DNA of 64,000 nt from an uncultured Alphaproteobacteria bacterium. Its GTDB lineage: Bacteria; Pseudomonadota; Alphaproteobacteria; UBA2966. The notes beneath the pieces were generated by a model, which worked only from the letters and a program-made list of their open reading frames with translations, did not search any database and was not told the DNA's origin. Where the stretch lies: NCBI GenBank assembly GCA_958295725.1, contig OY282368.1, positions 1,282,124-1,346,123 of the forward strand, given 5' to 3'. The first letter of the stretch is position 1, and every line of letters begins with the position of its first letter. Positions 1 through 9,558 of the stretch are shown piece after piece. The translations under genes were made by a program, and so were the position numbers.

Positions 1-198
1 GGACCCCGAATCGGGATCGACGGGCCCGGCGGAGCAGTCTTGGGACGCCGAGCCGCCGCCGACGCCATAGCCGTGGAACCTTCGCCGTCGCGCGTGCGCA
101 CGGCGCCCGAAAAAAGATCCCGCCCGGCTCCCAAGGAATCCCGACCCGCGCGCGTCCGACGGTGTATCGGGAACGCCTGGACGGTCTGATGCCCTGGC

Positions 199-750
199 AT
201 GATTGAGCACGACGACGCGGCGCTGGTTCGCCGGGCCCGCGGGGGAGACCGCGAGGCCTTCGCCGCGCTGATCGAGCGCCACTACGACCGCATCCACCGT
301 CTCGGCGCCCGCGTCCTCGGCGACGGCGAGGAGGCGGAAGACCTGGCGCAGGACGTCTGCGCCGGGCTGGCCGCCAGACTGGGTTCGTATCGCGGCGACA
401 GCCTCTTCACCACGTGGCTCTACCGGGTGGTGGTCAACGCGGCGCGCGACGCGATCCGGCGCGCCGCGATCCGCCGGCGCCGCGAGAGGGAACACGCCGA
501 GGCCGACGCGCTGGTCCGGGCGGCGCGCGCGGACCGGGAAGGCGAGCGGGTCTGGCTGCGGCAGGTCATGGCGCGGCTGCCGGAAGACCTGCGGGCGACG
601 GCGGCCCTCGTCCTCGGGGAGGGCCTGCGCCACGCCGAAGCCGGCGAGATACTGGGCATATCGGAGGCGACGGTGTCGTGGCGGATGCACGAACTGCGCA
701 AGCGCCTGCGTGTCATGGCGGCGGACGAAGAGGAGGAGGCGGTCCCGTGA
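199..750 (+). CDS. ECF (sigma-24/RpoE-like) RNA polymerase sigma factor
   Basis: 183 aa. Region-2-like motif DLAQDV and a region-4 HTH (EAGEILGISEATVSWRMHELRKRL). The stop overlaps the GTG start of the next gene. Confidence 0.85.
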   Translation: MIEHDDAALVRRARGGDREAFAALIERHYDRIHRLGARVLGDGEEAEDLAQDVCAGLAARLGSYRGDSLFTTWLYRVVVNAARDAIRRAAIRRRREREHAEADALVRAARADREGERVWLRQVMARLPEDLRATAALVLGEGLRHAEAGEILGISEATVSWRMHELRKRLRVMAADEEEEAVP

Positions 751-2717
751 GCGACGAGCTGGAGAGATTCGCGAAGGCGTTGCGCGCCGCGCCGCCGCGC
801 CCTTCCGCCGGGGCGCGGGAGCGGGCCGTGGCGGCGGCGCTGGCGGCGTTCGACCGCCTGCATCGGGAACACGGCCAAGGAATCGGCGATGGGGCGCGTC
901 ACAGGGAACAGGCGCCGCGCGGCGGCGCGTCCTTGCCACGGAGATTGGCCATGTCCTTCACGTCCTCCTTCCGCCGCCCCCGGCTCGCGCTGGCCGGCGG
1001 GGCGAGCCTCGCCCTCGTCGCGGGCGCCGCCCTCGTCATCCATCTCTTCCCGGTCGCGCCGCCCACCCCGTTTCCGCTGCTCGCGTCCGTCGAGAGCCCT
1101 CCGGACGCCGCCGGACCGGTCGCCCGGCCCGGCGCTCTCATGAAGACGGCGAGGGAGCCCCGCTCGCTCGACTCGGCGATGTCGATGATCCCGTCGGCGT
1201 CGATGAACTTCTCGGTGGAGGGCCTCTCCGACGGTGAGGAACCGTCGTTCCGCCGGGACGTCCAGGGGCGCGACCGCTTCGCCGCCTTCGATCCCAACCC
1301 GGTGAGAGTCGCCGCCGAGAGGCCCGTCTCGACCTTCTCGGTCGACGTCGACACCGCCTCCTACGCCTTCGCGCGCGCCGCCCTGAACCGGGGCGTGCTG
1401 CCGCCCCCGGACGCGGTGCGTATCGAGGAGCTGGTCAACTACTTCCCCTACGGCTACGAACCGCCGGCGAGCCGCGAGCGGCCCTTCGCCGTCCACGCGG
1501 GGCTGATGCCGGCGCCGTGGAACGACGACGCCCTGCTGCTGCGGATCGGCCTCCAGGGCTACCGGCTGGAGCGCGCCGCCGCGCCGCCCGCCAACCTCGT
1601 GTTCCTGATCGACAGTTCGGGTTCCATGGACGCGCCGGACAAGCTGCCGCTGCTGGTCTCCTCGTTCAAGCTGCTTCTGGACACGCTGGCGCCCGACGAC
1701 ACGGTGGCCATCGTCACCTACGCCGGCGCCGCCGGCACGGTGCTGGAGCCGACCCATGCCGCCGAGCGCGGTCGCATCCTGGCCGCGCTCGAAAGCCTGC
1801 GGGCGGGCGGGTCGACCGCTGGCGGCGAGGGGCTGCGGCAGGCCTACCTGCTGGCCGAGCGGCGCTTCGTCGAGGGCGGCGTCAACCGGGTGATCCTGGC
1901 CACCGACGGCGACTTCAACGTCGGCATCTCCGACCCGGACGAACTGGAGGGCTATATCGCGCGCAAGCGGGAGAGCGGGGTGTACCTGTCGGTTCTGGGC
2001 TTCGGCATGGGCAACTACAACGACGCGCTGATGCAGCGGCTGGCCCAGAACGGCAACGGCGCCGCCGCCTACATCGACGGCCTGCCGGAGGCGCGCAAGG
2101 CGCTGGTGGAGGAGGCGACCTCGATGCTGTTCCCGATCGCCGGGGACGTGAAGGTCCAGGTGGAGTTCAACCCGGCGACGGTGGCCGAGTACCGTCTGAT
2201 CGGCTACGAGACGCGGCTGCTGGCGCGCGAGGACTTCGCCAACGACAGGATGGACGCGGGCGAGATCGGCGCCGGGCATACGGTGACGGCCCTCTACGAG
2301 GTGACGCCTGCGGGGTCGGACGCCCGGCGCGTCGAGCCGCTGCGCTACCGGCGGGAGGCGGCGGAGGCTGGGGAAGCGTCGGCGGCCGGGGCCTTCGCCG
2401 ACGAGATCGCGTTCGTGAAGGTCCGCTACAAGCTTCCGGGGTCCGCGACCGGCGCCGAGATCGCCCGTGCGGTGACCGTCGCCGACGCCTTCGGGAGCGT
2501 CGTGTCGGCGCCCGAGGACCTGCGCTTCGCGGCGGCGGTGGCGGGGTTCGGGCAACTCCTGCGCGGCGGGCGTTACACCGGCGCGTTCGGCTACGACGAC
2601 GTCATCGCGCTGGCCCAGGGGGCCAGAGGCGATGACCCGTTCGGCTACCGGGCCGGGTTCGTCGGCCTCGCGCGTCTGGCGAAGTCGGCCGCCGCCATGG
2701 CGCCGCCCGTCGAATGA
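747..2717 (+). CDS. Anti-sigma factor fused to a von Willebrand factor type A (YfbK-like) domain protein
   Basis: GTGA overlap with the sigma factor stop. Short N-terminal anti-sigma segment and one TM helix (LALAGGASLALVAGAALVIHLF). vWA MIDAS-type motif LVFLIDSSGSMD. Track ORF 414..2717 trimmed to the GTG at 747. Confidence 0.75.
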   Translation: MSDELERFAKALRAAPPRPSAGARERAVAAALAAFDRLHREHGQGIGDGARHREQAPRGGASLPRRLAMSFTSSFRRPRLALAGGASLALVAGAALVIHLFPVAPPTPFPLLASVESPPDAAGPVARPGALMKTAREPRSLDSAMSMIPSASMNFSVEGLSDGEEPSFRRDVQGRDRFAAFDPNPVRVAAERPVSTFSVDVDTASYAFARAALNRGVLPPPDAVRIEELVNYFPYGYEPPASRERPFAVHAGLMPAPWNDDALLLRIGLQGYRLERAAAPPANLVFLIDSSGSMDAPDKLPLLVSSFKLLLDTLAPDDTVAIVTYAGAAGTVLEPTHAAERGRILAALESLRAGGSTAGGEGLRQAYLLAERRFVEGGVNRVILATDGDFNVGISDPDELEGYIARKRESGVYLSVLGFGMGNYNDALMQRLAQNGNGAAAYIDGLPEARKALVEEATSMLFPIAGDVKVQVEFNPATVAEYRLIGYETRLLAREDFANDRMDAGEIGAGHTVTALYEVTPAGSDARRVEPLRYRREAAEAGEASAAGAFADEIAFVKVRYKLPGSATGAEIARAVTVADAFGSVVSAPEDLRFAAAVAGFGQLLRGGRYTGAFGYDDVIALAQGARGDDPFGYRAGFVGLARLAKSAAAMAPPVE

Positions 2718-2930
2718 ACGGCGGCTGGAGAGTCGGGGATGGGCCCGCGTCGCTCCCCGGCCCTCCGCTCCGCCGGGCAATCCCTTCCCGATCCTTCCAT
2801 AACCGGAGACGGCGGACGGCGCCGGGCCGTGGGCGGCGGCTGTCGTGTGGCCTTGGCGGGCGACGTGTGCTTATAGTGCCGTCATCGGCCGCTTCTGTAA
2901 CTGTCGCTGGTTCCGGGGAGGGACGAACAC

Positions 2931-3395
2931 ATGGCGGGGAGCCTCAACAAGGTGCAACTCATCGGCAATCTCGGGCGCGACCCCGAGGTGCGAAACACGC
3001 AATCGGGCGATCAGATCGTGCATCTCTCGGTGGCGACCAGCGAGACCTGGCGCGACCGGCAGTCCGGCGAACGCCGGGAGCGTACCGAATGGCACCGGGT
3101 GGTGATCTTCAGCCAGCAACTCGGGGACGTGGCCAAGCAATATCTGCGCAAGGGGTCCAAGGTCTACCTCGAGGGTCAGCTGCAGACCCGCAAGTGGACG
3201 GATCAGGAGGGGCGCGACCGCTACACCACCGAGGTCGTGCTGCGGCCCTACCGGGGAGAGCTGACCATGCTCGATTCGCGGGGTAGCGGCGGCGGGGAGT
3301 TCGGCGCGCCGGACTCCGGCGCTTCGATGGACGAGCAGTCCGCGACGCGCGAGCCCGTGGCGGGCGCCGACATCGACGACGAGATCCCGTTCTGA
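2931..3395 (+). CDS. ssb: Single-stranded DNA-binding protein
   Basis: OB-fold N-terminus (NKVQLIGNLGRDPEVR...WHRVVIF), a Gly-rich linker, and the acidic C-terminal tail DIDDEIPF typical of SSB. Confidence 0.9.
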   Translation: MAGSLNKVQLIGNLGRDPEVRNTQSGDQIVHLSVATSETWRDRQSGERRERTEWHRVVIFSQQLGDVAKQYLRKGSKVYLEGQLQTRKWTDQEGRDRYTTEVVLRPYRGELTMLDSRGSGGGEFGAPDSGASMDEQSATREPVAGADIDDEIPF

Positions 3396-3433
3396 GCGGC
3401 CGGAGGTCGCGGGCGACGTCGGCACCGGTCCGG

Positions 3434-4453
3434 TTATCGTGCCCGACCGCCCGGTCCGAAGGGATCGGACCGTAGCCACTCGACGGTCTCGCGCAACATG
3501 GTGGGAATGTCTCGGAGCGCCACGCCCAGGCTGTCCCGGCGGGTGAAGTCGAATCTCGTCGGAGGGACGGGCGGCTCGGTCAGGGGTTCAGGAATCTTCA
3601 TGTCCGGCAGGAGTTTCCCGACCTCCGCGTAGATGTCCCGCCAATGCCAGCTCTCGTACACTCCGTAATACCGCCCCGACGCGTCGGGATTTTCATACGC
3701 GGCCAGGAAGAGGGCCGCGAGATCGTGTAGATGGATCATGGAATGGGAGTCGTTGGGCACCTTGCCGTGCCGGGGCTCCCCGCCGTCCATGGCGCGCCGC
3801 AACCAGGCATACGGGTTGTGGTTCATGTGCCCGGGCAGGATCAGCGGCCCGTACATGCCCGTCGGCAAGAGGACGCAGAGGCGCATGCCGTTCTCGTCGG
3901 CGTACCTGATCGCCGCCTTCTCCATGACGGTCTTGGTGGCGGACGTGTATTTCTTCGCCCGGCACTGCTCTTCCTCGTCCGACCAATGGTCGACTTCGTT
4001 CTTGACCGGCGCCGGCGGCACGGGGTTGGTGCTGCTGGTGCTGCTACAGACGACGACGGTCCCGGCGCCCGTCCGCGCCGCGGACCGCATGACGTTCAGG
4101 CAACCCTCCACGGTGGGCGTGATGATCTCGGCGTAGCCCTGCTCGTCGTCCATCTCGCGGGCGGGCTTGCCGTCGCGGCCCGCGTACACCGGGACGAGGC
4201 AGGCGACGAAGACGCCGTCGCATCCCGACACGGCCTCGTCGAACGCGCCGTCCTCGGCCATCTCGGCGCTGAACAGCCGCAGACGCTCCGGCGCGCCCGG
4301 CAGGGCCTCCAGGTAAGGCGCCTTGTCGGCGTCGTTCCGGTCGCGCAGGGTGCCGTTGACGGCGTAGCCCCGCTCCAGGCCCGCCCGGACGATGTTGGAG
4401 CCGACGAGGCCGCTGGCGCCCGCCACGCAGATGGTCTTCCTGTCGGTCGTCAT
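3434..4453 (-). CDS. NAD-dependent epimerase/dehydratase family protein (HpnA-like sugar epimerase/reductase)
   Basis: 339 aa. Rossmann motif ICVAGASGLVGSN. The start ATGA-overlaps the stop of the upstream RND gene. Track ORF 3434..6136 trimmed to the internal Met by residue count. Confidence 0.8.
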   Translation of the reverse strand: MTTDRKTICVAGASGLVGSNIVRAGLERGYAVNGTLRDRNDADKAPYLEALPGAPERLRLFSAEMAEDGAFDEAVSGCDGVFVACLVPVYAGRDGKPAREMDDEQGYAEIITPTVEGCLNVMRSAARTGAGTVVVCSSTSSTNPVPPAPVKNEVDHWSDEEEQCRAKKYTSATKTVMEKAAIRYADENGMRLCVLLPTGMYGPLILPGHMNHNPYAWLRRAMDGGEPRHGKVPNDSHSMIHLHDLAALFLAAYENPDASGRYYGVYESWHWRDIYAEVGKLLPDMKIPEPLTEPPVPPTRFDFTRRDSLGVALRDIPTMLRETVEWLRSDPFGPGGRAR

Positions 4454-6987
4454 GCTCCGCCTCCCTGTTGACGTGACGGGACGAGGGGTGACCGGTCCCG
4501 GCCGAAGGGTCTCCATATCAGGATCAGTTTCGGCAGGACCGTGAGGGCGGCGAGGAGGGCGATGAACATCGCCGCCCCGGTCAACACGCCGAAGTAGATG
4601 GTGGGGATGAAATTGGACAGCATCAGGACAGAGAAGCCGAAGACGATGGTCATGGTCGTGTAGAACACCGCCTTGCCGATGTTGCGGTGGCAGATGTGCA
4701 GAGTCTCCAGATAGTCGCCGTTCAGCGCATACTCCTCCCTGAAGCGGTAGATGTAGTGAATACCGTTGTCGACGGCGATGCCGACGGCGATCGCGGCGAC
4801 CGTGACGGTCATCATGTCCAGGGGTATCTTCGCCAACCCCATGAAGCCCAGGACGGCCGCGGCGCCGAGCAGGTTCGGCAGGATGCCGATGACCGACAGG
4901 ACGACCGACCGGAACAGCACGAGGAACATGATCGCGATTCCCAGCATTACCACCCCGATGGTCTTGATCTGGGACGCGAACAGGCTCTGTAGCATGTTGT
5001 TGTAGAGCACGAGGAGTCCGCTCACGGTGACGTCCTTCTCGTCGTATCCCAGCTCGTCCACGAGGTCGCGGCGGACCGTTTCCAGCAGCTCCTTGCGGCG
5101 CAGATCGGGCCTTGAATCCACGATGCGCGCGAGCAGCCGCGCCTCGTTGTCGCTCACGGAGACATACGGGTCGATGAGGCTCCTCTTCACCTCGGGCGGG
5201 ACCTTCCCGTACAAGATGGCGAGCTCGGTCCCGTCGAGCTCCTTTTTCAGAGAGGCTTCGGCGATGCGCACCGTCGACGCGAGGCTCAGCACCTTGCCGA
5301 CGTCGGGGCGCCCGTCGAGATAGTCGTGGACCTCCTTGATGCGGTCGATCTTGTCGGCCGTGAACCAGTAGCGCGGCGAGTTGGCGCGCTCCCGCGCGTA
5401 CTCCATCTCCATCTCGATTTCCTCCTCGGTCAGCCCTTCGAGGTCCTCGGGCGTGGGGAAGACGTCGGCGTCGGGCTCGAACCTGACGAGGATCTCCAGG
5501 GGCGTGGTGCCGCCGAGCTCCTCGTCGATGAGCTTCAGGCCCTGGTAGATCTCGGTGTCGTCCTTGAAGTAGTTGACGAAGCTGTTCTCGACGCGGAGTT
5601 GCGTCATCCCGGCGATGCTCGCGGCGGTCAGGACCGCCGCCGCTATCATGATCGCGGCGCCCCGGGTCTCGGTCAGGCGCGCCAGCCAGACGGGGGGGCG
5701 GAACCGGTCGCGATCGGGAGCCGGCGGGGTGCGAGCCTTGCCCATCGCCATCAGCAGCGCCGGGAACAGGAGGAACGAGGTCGCGAACGTCACCGCCAGC
5801 CCGGCGCTCATCATCCAGCCGAAGTCGATGACCGGCTTGATCCCGCTGACCAGCAGGGAACCGAACCCTATGACGGTCGTGAGGGCGGTGTAGAGGCAGG
5901 GTCTCGCCATCTTGCTCGCGGTGGTCCGGACCAGCACCGATTGGTCGTCCCCGGGGCGGTCCCGATGGAGTTGCCGGTAGCGCACGATGAGATGGATGTT
6001 CATCGAGATGGTGATGATCAGCATCAGGGCGAGGAAGTTGGACGAGATGACGGTGACCTTCCAGCCGATCAGTCCCAATGCTCCGATCATGGTCAGGCCG
6101 GCGTAGAAGCAACTGAGGAGCGGCAGCGCCACCCAACGCGCTTCCCGGAATATGACCGTGAGCATGACGACCAGAAACACGAGGACTCCGCCGCCGAAGA
6201 CGATCAGGTCGTTGCGCACGAGGGTCATCATGTCGTCGGCGATCATCGGCACGCCGCCGAGATGGAGAACGCCGTGCCGCCGGTACGGCGCGATGATGTC
6301 CCTGATACTCCGGATGTCGAGATGGCGGCGCTCGACGAGCGCCTCGCGCGCCCGGTCGTACTCGGCGGCGACGCGTTCCAAGGTCCGTGCCTCTTCGTCC
6401 GAGAGGCCGGCGCCGCGCCGCTTGGCGCGCAGATCGTTTCTCTCCTTGAGGAGGCTGTCGAGGTTCCGGTTCTCGGCGAGCTCCAGCAGCAGCGCGGTGG
6501 TCCGCCCGTCGGGACTGACGACGAGGTTGCGATAGATCGGGCTCGTGCGCAGTTCCTCGCGGGCTCTGGCGCGGTCGACACCGGGCTTCTCGAGGCTCGG
6601 GATATCCTCGATCAACTCCTGGAGAGGGACATCGGAGCTGGCGAGCAGCGGCGCGTCGAGGATCGTGAACACGGAGGCCACGCTGTCGACTTCTTTCAGT
6701 TCGTCGCGAAGCCGTTTCAACGGCTCCAGGGCCCGATCCGAGAAGAGGTCCGCCTCCGGGCTGTAGGTCACGACGAGCAGGTCGTTGCTCGGGTACCGCT
6801 CGCGGATTTCCCGGAACAGGCGGAGGTCGGCATCGTCCTCCAGCAGCAGGGAGTCGGCCGAGGCGTCGAGCTTGAAGTCCCGCGCGTGGTAGCCGAAGAA
6901 GACCAGGACGGCGAGCAGCGCGGCCAGGACCGGTTTCGGATGGCGGAGCACCGAGGCGTCGTAGATCCTCGCGATACGCGATGTCAT
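4450..6987 (-). CDS. RND superfamily exporter (MMPL/HpnN-like, 12-TM)
   Basis: About 845 aa. Two blocks of 6 TM helices separated by large periplasmic loops. GxxxD-rich TM segments typical of MMPL/HpnN transporters. Confidence 0.8.
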   Translation of the reverse strand: MTSRIARIYDASVLRHPKPVLAALLAVLVFFGYHARDFKLDASADSLLLEDDADLRLFREIRERYPSNDLLVVTYSPEADLFSDRALEPLKRLRDELKEVDSVASVFTILDAPLLASSDVPLQELIEDIPSLEKPGVDRARAREELRTSPIYRNLVVSPDGRTTALLLELAENRNLDSLLKERNDLRAKRRGAGLSDEEARTLERVAAEYDRAREALVERRHLDIRSIRDIIAPYRRHGVLHLGGVPMIADDMMTLVRNDLIVFGGGVLVFLVVMLTVIFREARWVALPLLSCFYAGLTMIGALGLIGWKVTVISSNFLALMLIITISMNIHLIVRYRQLHRDRPGDDQSVLVRTTASKMARPCLYTALTTVIGFGSLLVSGIKPVIDFGWMMSAGLAVTFATSFLLFPALLMAMGKARTPPAPDRDRFRPPVWLARLTETRGAAIMIAAAVLTAASIAGMTQLRVENSFVNYFKDDTEIYQGLKLIDEELGGTTPLEILVRFEPDADVFPTPEDLEGLTEEEIEMEMEYARERANSPRYWFTADKIDRIKEVHDYLDGRPDVGKVLSLASTVRIAEASLKKELDGTELAILYGKVPPEVKRSLIDPYVSVSDNEARLLARIVDSRPDLRRKELLETVRRDLVDELGYDEKDVTVSGLLVLYNNMLQSLFASQIKTIGVVMLGIAIMFLVLFRSVVLSVIGILPNLLGAAAVLGFMGLAKIPLDMMTVTVAAIAVGIAVDNGIHYIYRFREEYALNGDYLETLHICHRNIGKAVFYTTMTIVFGFSVLMLSNFIPTIYFGVLTGAAMFIALLAALTVLPKLILIWRPFGRDRSPLVPSRQQGGGA

Positions 6988-7360
6988 GAGGGTTCCTCTT
7001 CGGACGACGGCGACCTGTCTAGCGCAAAACGGACGCGCGGGCACATGGTTTGCCGCGTGCGCGGCATCATGGGTGTCGTCCGGAGGCGGCAACGACGCGT
7101 TCCGCGCGGAATGGACGGCGCGGCGGTGGACCGACGCGTTGCCGCACAACGAACCGCGCCGCGACCGCTACCGGATTGGGGCGGTTCGCGGCCTTCATTC
7201 GACGGTCCCGTTGACGGCGGCCCGACCCCGTCGGGGAACCGACGAGCCTTTCATGGATGGCGACGTAGTCGTCGGCGAGGCGTTCCGGCCTGTAGGCGCC
7301 GCCGGCCGCCAGACAGGCCGGACGGAACGCCTCCGGCGAATCGAGCTCTTGTTCGGCGCT

Positions 7361-8515
7361 CTATTCGGCGGCCTCGATCCTTTGCCCGCTGCCGAAATCG
7401 AACACTTCATTCCGGAACTCCCGCGCATCCGCGATGAAGTCCTCCAGCATGCGCCAGGCTTTGTCGTCCGTGTACTGGATCGGCGGATGCTTGCAGAAAT
7501 AGCTGGACGGCGGATGGATGGGGCCGCGCAGTCCACGGTCCAGCGCCAGTCTCGCACAGCGGATCGTGTCGATCGCGACGCCCGCCGAATTCGGCGAATC
7601 CTCCACCGACAAGCGCAGCTCGAGGTTCATGGGAACGTCGCCGAAGAGCTTGCCTTCCATGCGGATGAAGCAGATCTTGTTGTCCTTCTGCCAGGGGACG
7701 TAATCGCTGGGGCCGACGTGGATATCGCTGTCGGGCAACCGGATTCCCGCCACCGACTGGACCGCCTCGGTCTTGGACTCCTTCTTGGAAGCCAACCGGT
7801 CACGGTTGAGCATGTTCAGGAAATCGGTGTTTCCCCCGGTGTTGAGCTGGTACGTGCGCTCCAGCTTGACGCCGCGTTTCTTGAACAGGTCCACCAGGGC
7901 ACGATGGGTGATCGTGGCGCCTACCTGGGCCTTGATGTCGTCGCCGATGATCGGCAGTCCGGTCAAATCAAAGCGTCGCGCCCAGACCGGGTCGGAGGCG
8001 ATGAACACCGGGATGTTGTTGACGAAGGCGCATCTCGCTTCGAGGGCGCATTCCGCGTAGAACCGCGTCGCGTCCTCGGACCCCACCGGCAGGTAGTTCA
8101 TGAGGACTTCGACGCCGCGTTCCCGGAGCTCGCGGACGATGTCGTCCTTCCCCGGCTGTTTCACTCGTGACGGCTGGAACGTTCGCGATGGGTCCCAGTC
8201 CGCCATGTGGGCCGAGAATCCGTCCAGGATCTGGCCCATGAGGACGGGGACGTCCATGGCCGGGATGTCCTCGTGGAACACGGTCGTGCAATTGGGCGGG
8301 GCGAAGATCGCCTCCGACAGGTCGCGTCCGACCTTTCGTTCGTCGATGTCGAACGCGGCGACGATGTCGATGTCCGAGGGCCGATATCCCCCGAGGTCCC
8401 AGTGCATCAGGCCGACCGCGGAGTCGGGGTGCTTGTCGTCGTAGTAGCACAGACCCTGGAGTAGCGAGCTGGCGCAGTTCCCCACACCGACGATACCCAC
8501 CTTGATCTGCTTCAT
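7361..8515 (-). CDS. Myo-inositol-1-phosphate synthase (bacterial/archaeal type)
   Basis: 384 aa. N-terminal NAD-binding KVGIVGVGNCASSLLQGL and a conserved SKKESKTEAVQS region characteristic of the Inos-1-P synthase family. Confidence 0.7.
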   Translation of the reverse strand: MKQIKVGIVGVGNCASSLLQGLCYYDDKHPDSAVGLMHWDLGGYRPSDIDIVAAFDIDERKVGRDLSEAIFAPPNCTTVFHEDIPAMDVPVLMGQILDGFSAHMADWDPSRTFQPSRVKQPGKDDIVRELRERGVEVLMNYLPVGSEDATRFYAECALEARCAFVNNIPVFIASDPVWARRFDLTGLPIIGDDIKAQVGATITHRALVDLFKKRGVKLERTYQLNTGGNTDFLNMLNRDRLASKKESKTEAVQSVAGIRLPDSDIHVGPSDYVPWQKDNKICFIRMEGKLFGDVPMNLELRLSVEDSPNSAGVAIDTIRCARLALDRGLRGPIHPPSSYFCKHPPIQYTDDKAWRMLEDFIADAREFRNEVFDFGSGQRIEAAE

Positions 8516-9017
8516 TTCTGCGTACCTCCCTTTGATCGGTTTCTCGTCTCGCCGCGGACGGGGACGATCGGGGACGATCCAGAGTCGTTCCCCTGTTCGA
8601 AATTCGGAGTGCCCCGGCCCCTTTATCGCGAGGCGAAAGGGAGAATCCCCTTCGAGCGTCAGGACACTCGACGGTCTCCGCCCGTTCGATCAGGGGGATG
8701 CACTCGTACCGTCAATATACAGCCTCGACCTCGCCATTATCAAGGCCGTGTCCTGGTTCAGGCCATATGAGGCGGGAGGGTTTCTTCGGCTGGGCGTTCG
8801 GCAAGGTACCGGACGGGCGGTCGGCCGCCTCGGGAGGTTCCTGCTCCGGCGTTCCGGAATTCGACGAGGGGTCTTGAAATCCATCACGCCCCGCCTACAT
8901 GCCTTTTACCGACGGCCGCTTCTCGCAAGGGCCGTCGCATCGTCGATCAGGCGGGGCCGAACGGCACGTCGAACCGACTGGCTGGACCCGCCGGGATATT
9001 GCTTGAAGGAGGATATC

Positions 9018-9488
9018 ATGCGCACGACAGCGTTCGACCTTTCCCCCCTTTTCCGCACGTCCATCGGTTTCGACCGCATGTCGCGTCTGCTCGATTCGGC
9101 GGCGCGTGTCGAGGACAGTGCGCTTTCCTATCCGCCCTACAACATCGCGCAGGTCGGTGAGGACAAGTACGACATCACGATGGCGCTGGCCGGGTTCACC
9201 AGGGACGATATCGAACTGACGGTCCACGAGGGCACCCTGACCGTGAAGAGCGCCCGAGGCGAAACCGGCAGCCGGGACGAAGGCCACAAGTTCCTGCATC
9301 GCGGCATCGCCGCGCGGGCCTTCGAGCGGAAGTTCCAGCTCGCCGACCACGTCGAGGTCGTGGGCGCGGAACTCGAGAACGGCCTGCTTCGGATCGATCT
9401 GGAGCGGGTCGTCCCCGAGGAGAAGAAGCCGCGCACCATCGAGATCGGTGCTCCGAGGCAGATCGAAGGCAAGGCGAAAGCCGCCTGA
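9018..9488 (+). CDS. Small heat-shock protein (Hsp20/alpha-crystallin family)
   Basis: 156 aa. RBS GAAGGAGG lies upstream. Alpha-crystallin domain (YPPYNIAQVGEDKYDITMALAGFTRDDIELTV...GLLRIDL). Confidence 0.85.
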   Translation: MRTTAFDLSPLFRTSIGFDRMSRLLDSAARVEDSALSYPPYNIAQVGEDKYDITMALAGFTRDDIELTVHEGTLTVKSARGETGSRDEGHKFLHRGIAARAFERKFQLADHVEVVGAELENGLLRIDLERVVPEEKKPRTIEIGAPRQIEGKAKAA

Positions 9489-9513
9489 CGTCTTCGGGAA
9501 TCTCCGGGAAGAA

Positions 9514-9539
9514 GGGGGGACGGCCGTGGCCGTCCCCCC
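9514..9539. terminator. Bidirectional intrinsic-terminator-like GC hairpin between convergent hsp20 and the LytTR gene
   Basis: GGGGGGACGGCC-GT-GGCCGTCCCCCC is a perfect 12-nt inverted repeat. T-rich flanks follow on both strands. Confidence 0.5.
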
Positions 9540-9558
9540 TTCGCAGCTACAGGCGTGA

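Noticed and set aside
420-2780. Long antisense, low-complexity ORFs throughout the window (e.g. 420..2780 -, 5326..7437 +, 10830..12587 -, 12584..14500 -, 14691..16280 -, 16313..17671 -, 17461..19038 -, 18090..19607 +, 19602..21419 -, 19604..21793 +, 25837..27018 +, 26702..28309 +, 28065..29507 +, 29162..30820 +, 32387..33688 +, 34309..35274 +, 35403..36860 -, 36847..38187 +, 40410..41339 +, 42482..43420 -, 42720..44279 -, 46739..48421 -, 47697..48803 -, 48854..50185 -, 58007..59530 -, 61398..63239 -)
   Set aside because: Each lies opposite or out of frame to a gene with strong family-level conservation. Their translations are dominated by Arg, Gly, Ala and Pro, as expected for chance open frames at 70 % GC.
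3434-6136. Single 900-aa ORF
   Set aside because: The last 339 codons form a well-conserved NAD-epimerase starting at an internal Met with an ATGA overlap to the upstream gene. The N-terminal 560 codons are an Arg/Pro/Gly-rich antisense read of the RND gene.
8516-9017. ROSE-type RNA thermometer or sigma32 promoter upstream of hsp20
   Set aside because: A UUGCU lies just 5' of the SD, but it is too close to pair with it. No convincing multi-hairpin ROSE structure or CTTGAAA/CCCCAT promoter could be assigned by eye, so this is left unreported.
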